A DNA stretch of 64,000 nt, from assembly GCF_006345805.1 (NCBI RefSeq), contig NC_043006.1, positions 11,718,001 through 11,782,000 on the forward strand, read 5' to 3'. Of this stretch, positions 24,565 through 36,951 are shown piece by piece. The notes under the pieces are model-generated. The model did not search any database. It saw only the letters and a list, made by a program, of their open reading frames with translations, and was not told where the DNA came from. The translations under genes were made by a program, and so were the position numbers. This DNA comes from Octopus sinensis. Taxonomy: Eukaryota. Position 1 is the stretch's first letter, and the number at the start of each line of letters is the position of its first letter.

Positions 24565-25170
24565 TAGCTGAATGACCTGGCGTTGCCCGGATTACTGTTG
24601 TTCTTATTCAGATTAGCATACATTAAATATAAAGATATATTCTCATAATATTACAAAATGTCTATATTTTATTGAAAAATATCCATATTGCAATGATAAT
24701 AGAATTTCGAACTGAAAATCTGTCAATGCGGAAGCACCTCAGGGTAAACAATATTCATTGTGTAACTTTTTGTTGGTGTCGAAATGAATAAACTGTCAAA
24801 TCAGTTATATGTTCTTGTTGGTTATAAAAACCAGAATAATATTTCAGCATACAGTGATAATCGTTAATGCTGCTTAAACCGTAACTCTCTATGATGCCAA
24901 GGAAAATCCAAACAGTGGTACTCCAAAGTGACCGCTGTCGTTCGTTCAACGTTCAGGCCGCAACTAATGTAAACTCTTTCAAAATCGGTGCAATTCACTC
25001 TAAGGTGGAAGTTCTTGCTTGTATTACTACGTCGCCAACCCTACTTTGCTGGCGTCTGCCCAAGCAGAACTAAAGCATGTCACAGCGATAAAACAGTTCT
25101 GTCATATCTCACTACATTTGTATATGTATGTGTAGATGTGTGTGTGTGTTTAATTGTCCGAGGTCTAACG
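24564..25170 (-). mobile_element. Helitron-like element with a remnant of the RepHel C-terminus
   Basis: Minus 3' end ...gggcaacgccaggtcattcagCTAG|T; minus peptide NIVYPEVLPH* at ~24725-24757 resembles the Helitron helicase terminal NIVY.EVL motif. Confidence 0.6.
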
Positions 25171-25565
25171 TATAAAAATTATCACACACACACACTCGCA
25201 CACACATACACTCTGGCATACTGTCACATACATATACTAAGACAGACACACACAGACGTTCACGCACATATACTTTTCAGTCACTGGCCTAACGTGTGCA
25301 ACAAATATACAAATACACTCATGCATACACACACATGCACACATTCACAAATACAAACACGCATATAGAAAATGTGACATGGTGGTGGTGGTGGGGTGGT
25401 ATAAAATGTCGTTTACGATTATTGACTTATAGAAAGATTATAATGTTAATTTTTTCTAATGCAACTGTAAATGAAAATAAAGTTCATTTGGCAGACGAAC
25501 GATTACTGAATCTTGTGATAACCGATACGTCAAAATCGGCAACTAAGTTATCGAATCTATAAGGA

Positions 25566-25603
<38 letters not shown>

Positions 25604-25656
25604 ACACACACACAATGATTTATGAAATAAGATATAAACATACACACAAAAACACA

Positions 25657-27119
25657 CATGAATGCATGTACTATGTGTGTCTTTAGCAATGTGTGATGTG
25701 TCTGCATCTACATGTAAGTGTGTCTATATTTGTGCGCCTGTATGTGTATTCACACACACACAGAAGTGTCCAAACATGGGTCAACATTGTTTCGAGGTCC
25801 ATTAATTGAAGCCGCACTTGTTTGCTTGGATGAAGAGAATGGTCAGACTAGAGAGATAGAAATAGGAAGAGACCAACAAAATGGTCAATGAAAGATACTT
25901 TACGGAAAGAAATGTCATATCTGCAGTAAAAGCATTTTGGCTTAAAACTAAACGTTAACGAAGCATCGAGGAGTAAAATAAACAGCAAGAATTAGCGGGG
26001 AACGTGTTACTAATAAAGAAATGTTTTATATGAAAACTCATACAGTATTACTATGTTACTACGAACGCGTTTTAACTGAAACCCAAAACTTAATGCAGCA
26101 TTACTGAGTAAGAATATGGACTGGAACTGAATTAAAGCGATTTTGACGTGACAAAGTATATCAGAAGCATTGCCGCGTCAGACGAACATGTTCCGTATCT
26201 TAACGTTTTCAGATCGAATCTTGTGTAGGTCACATTTGTCATTTATCTTTTTTTGTCCTGTTTTCATCTTTCTCGTTGTTTACGCATTTAACTTGTTTGT
26301 TTACGTATTATATTAATTGCACCTTTGATGACGACCTGTACCTATATATGTATGTACATATACATATATTTCTTATATATGTATACATATATAAGAAATA
26401 ATATGTATATGTACAGATACATATATAGGTACAGGTCGTCATCAAAGGTGCAATTAATATAAATACGTAAACAAACAAGTTAAATGCGTAAACAACGAGA
26501 AAGATGAAAACAGGACAAAAAAAGATAAATGACAAATGTGACCTACACAAGATTCGATCTGAAAACGTTAAGATACGGAACATGTTCGTCTGACGCGGCA
26601 ATGCTTCTGATATACTTTGTCACGTCAAAATCGCTTTAATTCAGTTCCAGTCCATATTCTTACTCAGTAATGCTGCATTAAGTTTTGGGTTTCAGTTAAA
26701 ACGCGTTCGTAGTAACATAGTAATACTGTATGAGTTTTCATATAAAACATTTCTTTATTAGTAACACGTTCCCCGCTAATTCGATTGCTGTTTCTATTTT
26801 TACTCCTCGATGCTTCGTTAACGTTTAGTTTTAAGCCAAAATGCTTTTACTGCAGATATGACATTTCTTTCCCGTAAAGTATCTTTCATTGACCATTTTG
26901 TTTGTCTCTTCCTATTTCTATCTCTCTAGTCTGACCATTCTCTTCATCCAAGCAAACAAGTGCGGCTTCAATTAATGGACCTCGAAACAATGTTGACCCA
27001 TGTTTGGACACTTCTGTGTGTGTGTGAATACACATACAGGCGCACAAATATAGACACACTTACATGTAGATGCAGACACATCACACATTGCTAAAGACAC
27101 ACATAGTACATGCATTCAT

Positions 27120-27120
<1 letters not shown>
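25657..27120. repeat. ~1.46-kb near-perfect palindrome with no spacer (centre 26383/26384)
   Basis: Arms 25657-26383 and 26384-27120 are reverse complements with only a few small indels. Confidence 0.95.
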
Positions 27121-27181
<61 letters not shown>

Positions 27182-27211
27182 AACTATACATACACACACA
27201 CACATGCACAC

Positions 27212-27242
<31 letters not shown>

Positions 27243-27254
27243 CCACACCATATA

Positions 27255-27610
27255 TATATATATATAATTAGAAAAAATAACACATTTTACCAATTCAAAA
27301 TGAACAAGTAAATTACACCATCTAGAAAATTACATATAATAGAAATATTAAAAACAAATAACAATAATATACCAAATATATACGTTTTTATTATTATTTT
27401 GCAATTTACTTAATCATCGGTATATTATTGTTATTTTATTTTTCATATTTCTATTATATGTAATTTTCTAGATGGTGTAATTTTCTTGTTCATTTTGAAT
27501 TGGTAAAAGGTGTTTTTTTTCTAATTTATATATATATATATCATATTTTGTGAAATTTGATTTAGTATTTCTAAATTGAATTTTTCCCTGTAAGTTAGGA
27601 AAAATACTCT
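27255..27610. repeat. Fold-back repeat related to 15185-15490
   Basis: aattagaaaaaataacacattttaccaattc...ggtatatt arms plus gtgaaatttgattt...cctgtaagtt tail. Confidence 0.65.
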
Positions 27611-28487
27611 CTCAGATAATTGTTATATATACATATATATATACACAGTCATCTCAAGGATGTCGTTTCCTCATTAGAGATTAATCAATACAAAATTTTA
27701 CTGGTTTAATTCATATTAGAAAAAAATCTCCACGATATGTTTAGGATTGTTATAAGAATTATTATCAAGGTTAGAAAATGGAGAGTTGAGAATGTATATT
27801 TAATTTATTAGTATCATAGTTTGAAGTTAAAATATGAATACAAATGCATTTTCCAAAAGAAAAAAACAAACTAAGAAAAACCCTACAAAAATCCTGCGTA
27901 TGTTTCGATACTGGCCCCTTAGATACGCATAGTTCGAAGCATTATTGTAAAATAAATGCTCGAAACTATGCATTATTAAAAGCCCAGAATCGAAACATAC
28001 GTAGGTTTTAGTTGCATTTAGTTGTGATCTGAGAAAGACTTGACTGCTATTTCAGATTCTTCGAGCGACCGCCTTCCTGTCCAGTTTGCTACGATATAAA
28101 CAGTACACGATCAGCTTTATAGTTATCATTCTCTACAACACTTCCATATCTTTTGTCGCTGTGTTTGAATCAGGTTAATTATCATATTAGTTAGATCTAA
28201 ACCCGCTGGAGGAATTATCATTATATTATTGTAAAACATTGATAACGTTTCATTTCATGGCTTTCATTGATTTTGAGATTATTTATGTTATCACTTGCGC
28301 AAGTGTGAGAGAAACTGGTATCGTTTCGGTCCATTCTACAGATTCTTAAAAGGATTTGAGTGCTATGGCAATTGATTGAATTATATTCACTTAAGAAATG
28401 TTTGGGAAAGAAAATATAACCATGCAGAAAACCGAATTCGTCTATATGCATATGTACACACACATACGTGTATATATATATATATAT

Positions 28488-28518
<31 letters not shown>

Positions 28519-28994
28519 CACGTATATGTATAAGTATATATATAATATATATATAATATATTACACGTATATGTATAAGTATATATATATATATATATAA
28601 TAATAAAATTAAGGAACGGCCATAATAGGCCATTCACCCACTAGAAATAACAGCCAAAGCTTCTACCGCAAATAAAGATTAGTTCCGTAAACAGGAAGAA
28701 AATTAAAAACATTTACCCTGTAATTTCTTGTACGGTATACCGTTTCATCCGCTGTTTAATGGTAAACTAACATGATTAAATTAAATCAAGCCAATCTTCC
28801 ATAAGCCCTCGGATTCTTCAGCAAGAAATAGCTCAAGTCGGAACAGATATTTACACGAGGCATACCCAATCTTGCCAAGTCAATATCTGACCTAAAATTT
28901 TCAAATCGCCGCACTCGCGCCAAATTTATCGGCAGCAAATAAATATCAGCCGTCGATTCCATTACGGAATTAACCAAAAAATTCATAATTAATC

Positions 28995-29102
28995 AATCAA
29001 TATAGGGTGGCAAGGAAAATTTTGTAGAATTTTATTGCCTCCCACTGGGCCGCTGGTGGCAATAAAATTCTACAAAATTTTCCTTGCCACCCTATATTGA
29101 TT
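28995..29102. repeat. Perfect ~45-bp-arm hairpin (MITE-like)
   Basis: aatcaatatagggtggcaagg...ttattgcc / ggcaataa...ccttgccaccctatattgatt. Confidence 0.85.
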
Positions 29103-29142
29103 ATTATATATATATATATATATATACACGTATATGTATAAG

Positions 29143-29210
<68 letters not shown>

Positions 29211-29503
29211 GTATATAAAGCTAAATCGTTATGGACATCATACAGGAGGATCAGTTAATAATGATCTTATCCAACATATCCCCCTCTCAGACTCACTCAC
29301 TTATTGCAACCGTCCTCCAATATTTCTAAGCCATGTAAAAGAAGGCGGAAGGTTGGGCGTCCATAAGGTCACCTGGAGGAGGGTGAATGACGTTGAAAGA
29401 TCCGAAACGTCCGATGATAGCAGGGATATCACTGAAGACGTATATTTGTATATACATCTATATACATATATAGGTATACATATACATATGCGTATATATA
29501 TAT

Positions 29504-29555
<52 letters not shown>

Positions 29556-29632
29556 TATATATATACACACATATATATATACACACATATATATATACAT
29601 ATATATATACATATATCTATCTATATCTGTAT

Positions 29633-29692
<60 letters not shown>

Positions 29693-30066
29693 TTATAATT
29701 TTTTGGCAATCTTCCTTCAGCCTCTTATTTAAGATTCTACATATAATTTTTCTCAACAATGCTTATATGTATAACTTTAAGGTTAATTAAAACCGAATGA
29801 CTCGGGAGAATTTCTTAACCTATTTATAACTGCATCGAACTCCAGATATAAATGGAGTTGAGGTTATTTTTTTTATTATAAGTACGATTCATCTACGATT
29901 AAATTGTTGTAATTTCGAAATCTTAAAAAAAGAATGTAAATAATATTTAATCGAATGATCTAAAAAGATAGAGAAAAGCATTGTATAAAATTTCAGTAAG
30001 TACTCACTACTCAACTTGTTACATTTTTGAATATGACATACGCAATATATATATATGTATACATAT

Positions 30067-30468
30067 ATAACTTACAAAATAAGGGCAAAAGAAAAATTCT
30101 AATGCCAAATATGCCGAAAAAATGACAAAATTGTCAATAACCATTATAATTTATGCGCATAAATTATAATGGTTTTTTTTTTTTTTTTTTTTTCCAGTTT
30201 TCGCTCTTGAGCTGTGGCCATGCTGCGGGCACCGCCATTGTGGGAAAGAGTACAGCAGGGATCACCACCCCTGCCGGAGCCTCGTAGAGCTTTTAGGTGT
30301 TTTCGCTCAATAAACACACACAACGCCCGGTCTGAGAATCGAAACCGCGATCCTGCGACCGCGAGTCCGCTGCCCTAACCACTAGGCCATTGGTTATTGA
30401 CAATTTTGTCATTTTTTCGCCATATTTGGCATTAGAATTTTTCTTTTGCCCTTATTTTGTAAGTTATT
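30067..30468. repeat. Palindrome centred at 30156/30157 with a chimeric SINE inserted in its right arm
   Basis: Left arm 30067-30156; right arm split into 30157-30174 and 30391-30468. Confidence 0.85.
30173..30390 (-). mobile_element. Chimeric SINE: family C 5' half + family A 3' tail + poly(A)
   Basis: Minus: aatggcctagtggttagggcag...ctctttcccacaat | ggcggtgcccgcagcatggccacagc...(A)n; short tggtt duplication at both ends. Confidence 0.75.
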
Positions 30469-30574
30469 TATAAATTTAACCTTTAAAGGTATTTTTTGAT
30501 ATGCTGGCCATGGATAAATGTTTTTTTGAAAAAAATGTTATCCTACATTAGTTATATATATATATATATATATA

Positions 30575-30770
30575 TACACAGGAAAAAAGCAACAAAAATG
30601 GATCAATATTTCGGTACAATTGTTTCGTATTATTAAGGCTGCAAGTATTGCAGCAAATACACGTGACCCTTACTTGCAGCCTTATATATATTTGCAGCCT
30701 TAATAAAGGTGGTCTTCGTACGAAACAATTGTACCGAAATATTGATCCATTTTTGTTGCTTTTCTCTTGT
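30575..30770. repeat. Palindromic MITE-like element
   Basis: ~54-bp outer arms gcaacaaaaatggatcaatatttcggtacaattgtttcgta and inner ttattaaggctgcaa arms. Confidence 0.8.
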
Positions 30771-31267
30771 TTATAATCACCCCGCATTTTCTTATGGTTA
30801 ATACCATATTGGTTTCTGGTGCATCTAAGTTAAGTACCTCATTCATGTAATTCAACAGAACTCACTTGAATCTGAATTGCTTTTTACTGTATATATATAT
30901 ATATATATATATATTATATTATATATATATATATGTATGTATGTATGCAGTTATATTATAAATTATATTATATTATATTATAAGTATATATATATATAGC
31001 TATACTATATCATTTTAAGAACGTAGTACTGTACAGTATAAGGCTCATCCCCCTTCAGATTTCACCCGGTGTTATTATACGTGCTGCTAGATTTGGAAAA
31101 GTTTACATAACCAAATACCTGCAAATCCCGAAGAACTACGTTGCGTGGAAAAAATTATAGTTTTACAAATAATAAATGTCCAACTGTAGTCTTTCTTGTA
31201 GACTCCAACTTAGTCATGTAACCATACACGTGCTTTTCTAGGAATATTCTTTTCCATCTCTCCGGAA

Positions 31268-31300
31268 CTTTCCGACGAAGAGCCATGCTCGAAACTTCCC
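31268..31300 (+). ncRNA. Degenerate hammerhead-like motif (family of 56189-56222)
   Basis: ttt-CCGACGA-a-GAGC/cat/GCTC-GAAA-C; helix III and helix I 3' strand decayed. Confidence 0.35.
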
Positions 31301-31796
31301 AAACCCACTCTTTTTATCATCTTAAACTGAATATCAACCTAATACATTCACTGTATACGTCTTTTCACTTTTGTTGTTTTTGTTTTTATTTTTGATTTGC
31401 ATATCTGTCTGTCCGTCTCCCCCCTCTCTCTCTCTACACATACACACACACACATATATATATATACATATAACACGCACAAACATATTACGCACACTTA
31501 ATAGACACATATATACATATACACACACTCGTAACTATGTTCTATATAAAGTTTTTCTCTCATTTTTGATGTCGTCGAAAACCTGGGGAAGCAAGTTCAA
31601 AGCTCAGCTATAAGCTATAGCTCTATTTTTCTTAAAATCATATTTTCCATTCTAAACCGTCGTTGTTCATCTGCACATCTGTACACCAAGTTTTACTTTG
31701 GGTTATTAATGAGAATAAAATTTAAAGCTTAGTCCAATATTGATAGTTTTGCAGTCTACGCTTTTAAATATTTGCGAGAAGTATTGTGATAATATT

Positions 31797-32332
31797 GGTT
31801 TTAGATTTTGGCACAAGGCCAACAATTTCGGGGAAAGAAGTAAGATGATTACATCGACTCAGTTTTCAGCAGGTAGTTCTTTTATCGACCCCACGAGGAT
31901 GAACTCTGAACGTAATTTTGGAAGAAATGCGGCTAAGGATTTATTCCGGTACAGTAGTGATTCTGCTGGTTTGCCGCCTTATGTTGTGTTAATATTAAAG
32001 TAAAACAAGGCAGTGACCTGGCAGAATCGCTAGCACGCCGGATAGAATGCTTCGTCTTTAGGTCCTGAGTTCAAATTCCGCAGTGTGGATCCGGATCTAA
32101 TAGATTTCTTTATTGCCCACAAGGGGCTAAACATAGAGGGGACAATAAAAGACAGACAAAGGGATTAAGTCGATCACATCGATCCCAGTGCGTAACTGGT
32201 ACTTTATTTATCGACTCCGAAAGGATGAAAGGCAAAGCGGACCTCGGCGGAATTTGAACTCAGAACGCAACGGCAGACGAAATACTGCTGAGCATTTCGC
32301 CCGGCGCGCTAACGTCTCTGCCAGCTCGCCGC
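31797..32332. mobile_element. Cluster of SINE family B copies (31797-31982 -, 32007-32090 +, 32100-32332 -)
   Basis: Family B cores in mixed orientation. Confidence 0.8.
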
Positions 32333-33099
32333 TGGATCTAATAACAATTTCCTCTTTGGCGCTGCTTTTTTCTGAGCAGCAGGAAGAGACGACAGACAGC
32401 AGTCAGTATACAGTTGCAGTGAACCAGCAGCAGACCAGAGAGCTGTCATAACATAAATAACAATGAACGGCGGCGTCCGCAACAGACCATGACCAGCTAA
32501 CATCAAGAAACTTACGACAATAACAACATTCATACGTAGCTCACACAACAATAAGCTTCGAATTATCCCGGTGTTTCTCGTTGATAGAAACGACGTTTAT
32601 TTTGTTAACGATAAAAATAAATATGTTTTTTAGTAAAAAATCTCAAACGAATTTTTGTGTTCTTTATCATAGCAGGTAAAATACAAGATGGCGAAAGTCA
32701 GAATACATTTGTTCATTGGTCTGTTCGATCAGTGCTTACATGGAATTAAAAACAATTAATGACGTATATAATTGTCTACTAATTAGCAAACACTCATTTC
32801 TTTCCGACGAAGCGTTTGGTCTGTACGATTGACAACTCTGCTTTAAAGTATCAAATTTATTAGAGAGTATAGCATTTTATTTAGGGAGAAAGATAGTCAT
32901 TATAGGATCTCTCAGGTTAGTGGGTATCAGAGAAGAGAAGGTTAACCTCAAACCAGGTCCCAATATTTGCAAATGAGTGGGATCCACTGACGTTACCCAA
33001 GGTGCCAGGTAGTGATGTTAAACAGGTTGACGGGCAGACCATGCGAGATTCGAATGGACTGATAAGTTTTTATATGCAATTTTAATGAAAATTATAGTT

Positions 33100-33665
33100 G
33101 ACCTGGGCAGGATTTGAACTCAAAGCGCAGAGAGTTGTTAGAAATACCGCCAAGCAGTCTGCTCACCTCTACCAATTCGCTCTCTATGCTTTAAATAGTC
33201 TTAAAGTATACTGATTACGAATTTTGGTACAAGGCCAGCAATTTCAGGGGAGCGGGTAAGCCGATTGCCTTGACCCCAGATCTCAACTGGTAACTATTTT
33301 ATTGGCCCCGAAAGGATGAAAAGTAAACTCACTTCGGCGGAATTTGAACTCAGAACATAAAGACGGACGAAATGCCGTTAAACATTCTGCCCGGCCTGCT
33401 AACAATTCTGCCATCTCGCTACCTTAAATATATCAATACTTCTAATACATTGCATAAATAGTGTTAACAACATTTCTAATACATGCATAAGGCCTGGCAT
33501 TTGTTGGAGAAGGGAGCTTGTCAATTACATCGATACAAAGGTTCAACAACCCCGAGAAGGATGAAAAGCAAAGTCGGAATTTCAGATCAGAACGTAAAGA
33601 CTAATGAAACGCCGCTAAGCATTTTGTCCGGTGTACTAACCATTCTGTCAGCTCACTGCCTTTAT
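33100..33665 (-). mobile_element. Three degenerate SINE family B copies in tandem
   Basis: Repeated ggatttgaactc / aggatgaaaag / ctaacaattctg motifs. Confidence 0.72.
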
Positions 33666-35452
33666 AAATATATTATTAATAAAGTATATTAAAAGTCTAG
33701 GTGAAGTGAATGCTGTTTACTTATTATTCAATTCCTTCGGCCTTTCTTTTTATTATATATTCTTAGGAGTAATTATTATATAGATATTATCAAAAGTATT
33801 CAGTTTTATTAGTATAAAGAGTATGGTTGTTTTCCAAACAATTGGTTTAAATATTATATTTAAATAAAATAGTTTATAATTTGGTATCTGACCTCAAGGT
33901 AAAACATAACCTACAAATCCAGTTAACATCACCAAAATATATAACACCACCCCAACTTTTCATGTCGCTTGTTTTCAAACTACTTTCAATTCTAGAATTC
34001 TTGAAAACTTCAGGAAAATTAGCTCTTCTGACGTTAATGATATAGCGTTTCATATCAAGAGGCACAATGTGAAGAATCACAACGAGCTTTCGATAAACTG
34101 TTTAAAGTTTGTTAGAATTCGTCAGAGTAAAAATCTCTGAAATAGAGATTTTACACTTAAGACTCTTATTACTTTTCTAATGGAGTATTAACATCCGTTG
34201 ATCACTTATTTTTCGAATGGAATTTCATTAAACATGAATCAGGTGTTAACGAGATTAATTGTTCAATCTAATTGTTGAATACGATCTATAAGTCTTTGAT
34301 GTTATATAACCCGTTATTTTGTGCTGTATCCTATTTCATTTCATGAGCTTTTGCCACTGGTGGATGCGGTAGCCATATATCTTTATATTCGCATCATTAA
34401 TTAACAGTCTATAGAAATTTGCAAAAAAAAAAAAAAAAAGCAAAGAAGCAAAAAAAGTAAAAGGTATTTTTAGAAATTTCCAGTGAAGCTAGTTTAAACA
34501 TTGTCTGTGTTCCAGCGGTATCCGAACGGATATACAGAATTACACAACTAAATAATGCAATAAAACACTTTCAATAATATCTTTAAACAAGGAATGAGGA
34601 TTGGTTGTCTGAGTTAAAATTGGTAATGACTTCATGCAAACACTACACACCAAATGTGTTTGTTTTTTTTCTTTTTTTCGTTATTTGTCCTTTGGCCTGA
34701 CCGTCAAAGTTGTGTTGATTATTGCAAAATCAATGTATACATAGATGAATAAAAATATTAAATCAGAACAGAGAAGGAAACTGATAAAAACAATTCGATC
34801 ATCACTTATTTTACCCAGGTTCATTGTCAATAATTACTGTTGTAAAAACTGCCATATGATCAATAATAATGCATTAGATGCTTATCCAATACAATAACAG
34901 TATAAAGCAATTATTTGAACCATTTCAATATTTTGATATAACAAATCTATATGGAGATAACAACTGATTTCCATATTGCTTGTGGTAGAAATGTAATTGA
35001 TGTGCTGCAACGGAGGCTGATGAGATATCTGACGCCAAAAGCAAATAAAACAAGTCTAATTTCAGTTTAGAAATATATGTGAACTATAATAACCTGTTTA
35101 TAACCAAAATGTAATATATCTTACAATTGCGGAAACTGCTTTTATTTTATGAAAAGCTTCCATACTTGTTTTTCTCAATATCAATAATTCAGAGATGATA
35201 CAGTAAATTTATCAGAAACTTTACCCTATATTCACCAACCGTTTCATCGCATTTCGATCATAAATCTAAAATCCGAATATTTTTAAAAGTCTGATATTAT
35301 ATATTATATATATCTGCTAAAGTGTTTTCCGGCTGATGACAAGTAACTTTGAAAGCATGCCTTTGATACCATGAGTCATATACGAGAAATATGGGTATAC
35401 GCATAAGAATCATAATTTAACTTTCATAAAAATTCTTGATTCTTATACAAAA

Positions 35453-35822
35453 CTAGCACTATGACCCGGCAACGCCGGGTCATAGTGCTAGTGCATGCAT
35501 ATACAGCTGCGTGCGTGCGCACATATACGCGAGTACTGTTCAAATCTCTGACCAATCACATACAGCTAGCTGGCATTCAATTGGCGTATCAAGTTTCGGG
35601 CATTTTGATTGGGTTTTGGATAGAAAATTCACAAATAAGTCAGTTCTATTGATTTTTTAATGGCTTTGCCGGGTGACTGGGGAACTGTAATAATGTGCAC
35701 AACCACGCTCGGACGGTTTTGAATGACCATAGAAAGTGCGAGCCCTCTAACTGAAAAATTGTGGATTTGTATAAAGGACACACACACACACACAGACATT
35801 TTGTCGTTTATATATATAAATA
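35453..35822 (-). mobile_element. Non-autonomous Helitron-like element
   Basis: Minus 3' hairpin gacccggcgttgccgggtc ending in CTAG|T; 5' tatata..tgtctgtgtgtg region as in the other copies. Confidence 0.65.
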
Positions 35823-35991
35823 TGAAATGAACAATAATTTTCAAGCGAAAAACAATTATTATCTTAAAGTAAAATTGAGTAAAACAAAGCAATGACGCAA
35901 TATTTATTCTTAATATATTCTAGTAGATTCGAACTTGAAAATAGTAATCACTGTTGAATTCTGTCTACGGAGAACAATTTTTTATTTCTCA

Positions 35992-36501
35992 CTAGCAGTA
36001 TCGCCCGGCGTTGCTCGGGTTTGTAAGGGAAATAACTATATAAGCATTTTTAGAGAGTTACTTCCCTTATAGATGCCAATTCGGGCTTTCTTAGCCGTTT
36101 CTGTTTTGGTGTTTTCAAGCCATGAAGTCGTTGTTCTAAAAGAACGCTGGTCTCCTTGACAACGCTTTACGACGTTGATTTCCTTACACTCCCTTCCCCA
36201 CAGCTTCACGAGGGGGGGGAAGAATGGGGAGAAGCAAACAGGTGCAGGTGTGACCATGGACGCCAACTCCGCCGCCATCGACACACGAAAAATTATGCAT
36301 TAAAATGGAATAAAAAATGATGTTAAATTATTTAAAAAATCGTAGACTCATCGTAGATGTGCGCTAATAGCCAGACGGGCTCGATATGAATCACGACTAT
36401 AAGATACCCGAATTTTGTTAAACTGCACCGCAAAATGTGGGATTAGGAATCTAAATCGAAGGGGACAGACACTCACACAACTACAGTTTTATATATATAG
36501 A
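35992..36501 (-). mobile_element. Non-autonomous Helitron-like element (family of 14770-15138)
   Basis: Minus 5' TC tatatata, 3' gagcaacgccgggcgatactg CTAG|T. Confidence 0.75.
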
Positions 36502-36951
36502 TTTGTATAAGTCCTCTACCAATTACTCCCTTTCCTCTGCCTCTATGAGTTATTTTCTCTCAGTGAATATAGTGTTTCTTTACTCATTATATGCCGACAA
36601 GCCTAGTGTGTGTGCACATCCCATACCTCTTATATTAGCTTGGTATCTCATGTTTGGTTTCTCTCTTTCACTCTATCTAATGTAAGCGTGACCGGAGAAA
36701 CCATCCAACCAACCAGCCATCAACCAACCAACTAAACAATTTTATTGTCTATTGTTATATACAAACATTATACAATTTGCAGAATTGATAATAATAATTA
36801 GTTTTTGTCTGTTTTAAACCAATAGTTATACTAATATATTAAAATTGAAATCTTTGTCTAAAGCAAACAGGAAATTTCTAATATGAGAAATACGAAATGA
36901 TTTTGTTTCGTGTTTATGATGTCTGAAATGATATCAAAACATTTGTGTTAC

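Noticed and set aside
28786-28986. 66-aa minus ORF
   Set aside because: No recognisable homology; short ORFs of this size are expected by chance.
32330-32720. GC-richer patch with CAAGATGGCG (YY1/start-like motif)
   Set aside because: The frame closes after 23 codons and nothing else supports a promoter.
35325-35370. CTGATGA-caagtaacttt-GAAA-gcatgc hammerhead-like string
   Set aside because: No UH triplet after the palindrome and no helix I complement.
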